A stretch of DNA of 64,000 nt from Peribolospora baueri (Eukaryota). Shown piece after piece: positions 61,387 to 64,000 of this stretch. The notes beneath the pieces were generated by a model, which saw nothing but the letters and a program-made list of their open reading frames with translations, did no database searches and was not told the DNA's origin. The stretch's first letter is position 1, and the number at the start of each line of letters is the position of its first letter. The stretch is taken from NCBI GenBank assembly GCA_029717555.1, contig JAMDHS010000048.1, positions 1 to 64,000 of the forward strand, in the 5' to 3' direction. The translations under genes were made by a program, and so were the position numbers.

Positions 61387-62160
61387 GTGTCGAAAGCGGC
61401 CCTCTTCTTTTCTGTTCTTAATTCTTGTTCTCTTTCTTCGACAAGTATCCTCCCTCCTTCTTCCTGCTCCTGCTCCCGTCTCGCGCTGACTGTGCGTGCT
61501 CGCTCGTCGCATCATAACTGCCCTTCGTCATCGCATCCTCGCACCGCAGCCCATCGACGAGCCAAACCAAGCCAAGCGAGCCAACCAGCTGTCGTCGTGT
61601 GAGGAAGAAAGGAAGAAGCGAGCTATGGCCATCATCCGCGGGTGAGACTTTAAAAGGACAACACGAGACAAGACGAGACGTCCACTGTGCCCTCGCTCGC
61701 CCCGCTACGACGTCCTGCATCCCGCTTCCTTCTCCACGTACACCCTCGTCGTTCCACACATCCTCGACGCCGGCGCTGCGCTGACGTTGACGTCACCAAC
61801 CCGACCCGGCCGTGCGTGCTCTCGCTCTCGCTTGTGGTTGCGGTTGCTCGCTTGCGTTGTGCGACCCCACGGGCGTCTAAGTCTGATCATCGATCTCGAT
61901 CCGTCGTACGACCGCCGCCGTCTTCCCCGCACGTAGACGAACACCAACGTCGACCGACACATACACATACACATAATACACAACCACAACCACGCAGACG
62001 GCACACACATTCCCAGGCCGTCGTTTTCATCTTATCTCGTTTCGTCTCGTTGCTCCCTGCTTCGCTTTCCTCCATCGACTCCATACCGGCCGTGTTCCTT
62101 GCTCCTCTCGCTCGCATCGCCCACCACTCGCCGTCCTAATCACCCTGATCCCCCAAAAAA

Positions 62161-64000
62161 ATGACGACAGTCGCTCCCCTTCCCATTCATACCTCATCCC
62201 ATCCCCCTCCTCCTGCCGGCGAGCCGAGCCCGCCAAGGCGGCTCTCCTCCACCAACGTCGGCTCGCCCGGCTTCACCTCCTCCTTCTCCAATCTCGGCGC
62301 TCCCCAACACCCCTTCGTCAATACCGTTTCTCCGCGCTCCTCCAGACAGAACCTGCCCGCGTCAGTGGAAGAAGGATTCGGCGGCGGCGGCCGGCGACGC
62401 AGCAGCAGCTCCTTCCGACGCCGCGGCTCGCTCCACCAGCAGAACCAACAGCAGGACCTCGGGCGCTCCGCTTGCAGCCTCACCCTTCTCGGCTCTCTCG
62501 TCGACCGATCTGGCTCTGACGACACCGCCCCGTGTCAGACGCATGACCGCGATCGCACCGACGACGGACACGAACAAGAACGAGCACGGCCGTCGCCCGG
62601 ATTCGGTTTCGGCGCCATCCGCATGGTCCCTCTGACCGATGACGCCATCGTCCTTCCTTATCTCGACCGCCCCCGAGAAATCAAGGACGCCTTCTTCTCC
62701 GACACCTCCTCGCCCGCCGCCGCCTCGCTCATCTCCACTCTCCACCCTTCCCTCGGCTGTTGCCTCTTCGAGACGCTCAAATGGCTCATGACCGACGTCG
62801 GTCGCGACCAGCTCTCCGACGACGCCTGGCTCGCCATGATCCGCGATATAGTAAGAGACAAAGGCGAATGTCTATGGGTGTCCCTCGCCGGGGCCATCGG
62901 TGCGCCCGTCGGCTGGGGACAAGCTGACGTTACCCCACCCACGCGGAGGCGGACCGTCCGCAAGGGCGCCGGCGGAGGCGAAGGCGAAGGCGGGGGCGGA
63001 AACGGCGAGGCGCTCGCGCGCGCCGACCAGCAACAACGTCGTCGTGAATCGGACGAACAGGTCCGCGACGCCGACCTTCGTGCCGCCGAGGCTTCCGTCG
63101 AGGAAGCCGTGCGCGACAGCGCCGCCGACCGGTCCGTCCTCTACGCCGACGACGTCGAAACCGAGTCCGAGTCCGAGGTCGAAGATACGGCCATCTTCTT
63201 CACCCCCGTCGAGCGCGACCGCTACCACCATGGTCCACGGCGGCGGTCGGAGGAGAACGAAACCCACCACCACCACCTCATCAAAGAGCCCGGGTCGTAC
63301 AAGACCCTCGCCGAACTGGTCCCGCCTCAAGTGCGCATCATCGCTCAAGAAGGTAACGGCGAAGGCGTCGACGACGGCGGCGGCGAGAGGGACAGGCTCG
63401 GCCTCTCCTCCGTTCCCGAGCACGACGTTACCGTCTCCCCACCCGCTCGCTCGCGCGACAACACCTCGGTCTCCGCTAACAGCTTGCGACCGAGCGTTAA
63501 CAACTTTGAGCTCTTTTCCAGCCTCTCCGGCACCTCTCCTGACGCGACTCGCGACGCCCCGAAGCCCAGCGACCCCGTCACCACCGCCGCGCCAGAAGAA
63601 GGCGTGGAGAACGCTCCGTTCCAAATGGACGAGCAGCCGGCGTCGCCTGACGACGTGGCGAAGAACTTCAAGACGGACGAACGGTACGTCGGCCTGCGCT
63701 TGCACACGTCGTCCGTCAAGATGAGCGGACCCGGACCCGGGCCTGGACTGGGATCGGGCCAATTGGCCGTATCGCCGCGCAGTCCCGCTTCGGTCTCGCC
63801 TTCGACGACCACCGCCGGCGCGTCCGCCGGGAAGGAAACAATGTCGGACTGGAAGCCTTGCAGGCTCTATCATCTCCTCGGTTCACCGGACGTCGTACCC
63901 AGTCACCCCCACGCGCCACCTCCGCGCTCGTCTTCCGGAGGCGATGATGACCGGAACGTCGGAGACGCGTCTTTCGTGGAGCAGCGTCGACGTCGTTCTT
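62161..64000 (+). CDS. Hypothetical protein, 3' end beyond the window
   Basis: ATG at 62161 follows an A-run. The frame is absent from the ORF track, consistent with no stop before the window edge. It contains a folded-looking core VLPYLDRPREIKDAF...LKWLMTDVGRDQLSDDAWLAMIRDIV...LWVSLAGAIGAP. Confidence 0.7.
   Translation, partial: MTTVAPLPIHTSSHPPPPAGEPSPPRRLSSTNVGSPGFTSSFSNLGAPQHPFVNTVSPRSSRQNLPASVEEGFGGGGRRRSSSSFRRRGSLHQQNQQQDLGRSACSLTLLGSLVDRSGSDDTAPCQTHDRDRTDDGHEQERARPSPGFGFGAIRMVPLTDDAIVLPYLDRPREIKDAFFSDTSSPAAASLISTLHPSLGCCLFETLKWLMTDVGRDQLSDDAWLAMIRDIVRDKGECLWVSLAGAIGAPVGWGQADVTPPTRRRTVRKGAGGGEGEGGGGNGEALARADQQQRRRESDEQVRDADLRAAEASVEEAVRDSAADRSVLYADDVETESESEVEDTAIFFTPVERDRYHHGPRRRSEENETHHHHLIKEPGSYKTLAELVPPQVRIIAQEGNGEGVDDGGGERDRLGLSSVPEHDVTVSPPARSRDNTSVSANSLRPSVNNFELFSSLSGTSPDATRDAPKPSDPVTTAAPEEGVENAPFQMDEQPASPDDVAKNFKTDERYVGLRLHTSSVKMSGPGPGPGLGSGQLAVSPRSPASVSPSTTTAGASAGKETMSDWKPCRLYHLLGSPDVVPSHPHAPPPRSSSGGDDDRNVGDASFVEQRRRRS

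Noticed and set aside
62872..63873. 333-aa minus-strand and 274-aa plus-strand ORFs
   Set aside because: Alternative frames of the real + strand gene that starts at 62161.

Overview
GC-rich, intron-containing eukaryotic DNA from a basidiomycete fungus (probably Ustilaginomycotina; this is an inference from gene content and intron style). I reconstructed 18 protein-coding genes by hand from splice signals: B-type cyclin, Fmp52/TIP30-like NAD(P)-binding protein, glycogen synthase, snurportin-1, choline-phosphate cytidylyltransferase, a stand-alone A-T-R NRPS-like reductase, a very long RING-H2 protein, Snu66/SART1, complex I subunit NDUFA2, a Spo5/RBMS-like two-RRM protein, Chs4/Skt5 (Sel1 repeats plus CAAX), RPL4, a multi-pass DUF6533-like membrane protein, Rax1, and four hypothetical proteins. 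I recognised no rRNA, tRNA, snRNA, CRISPR array or transposon. The window is mostly housekeeping and I cannot demonstrate a new system. The best leads are: (i) an apparently spliced, non-coding 37.7-39.3 kb interval carrying a telomerase-template-like TAACCCTAAC next to a hairpin; (ii) a nested stem-loop element at 50.3-50.5 kb; (iii) the orphan A-T-R reductase beside the CDP-choline gene; (iv) a GC-AG intron and several micro-exons. All exon coordinates are manual predictions, and family assignments come from motif recognition, not database searches.
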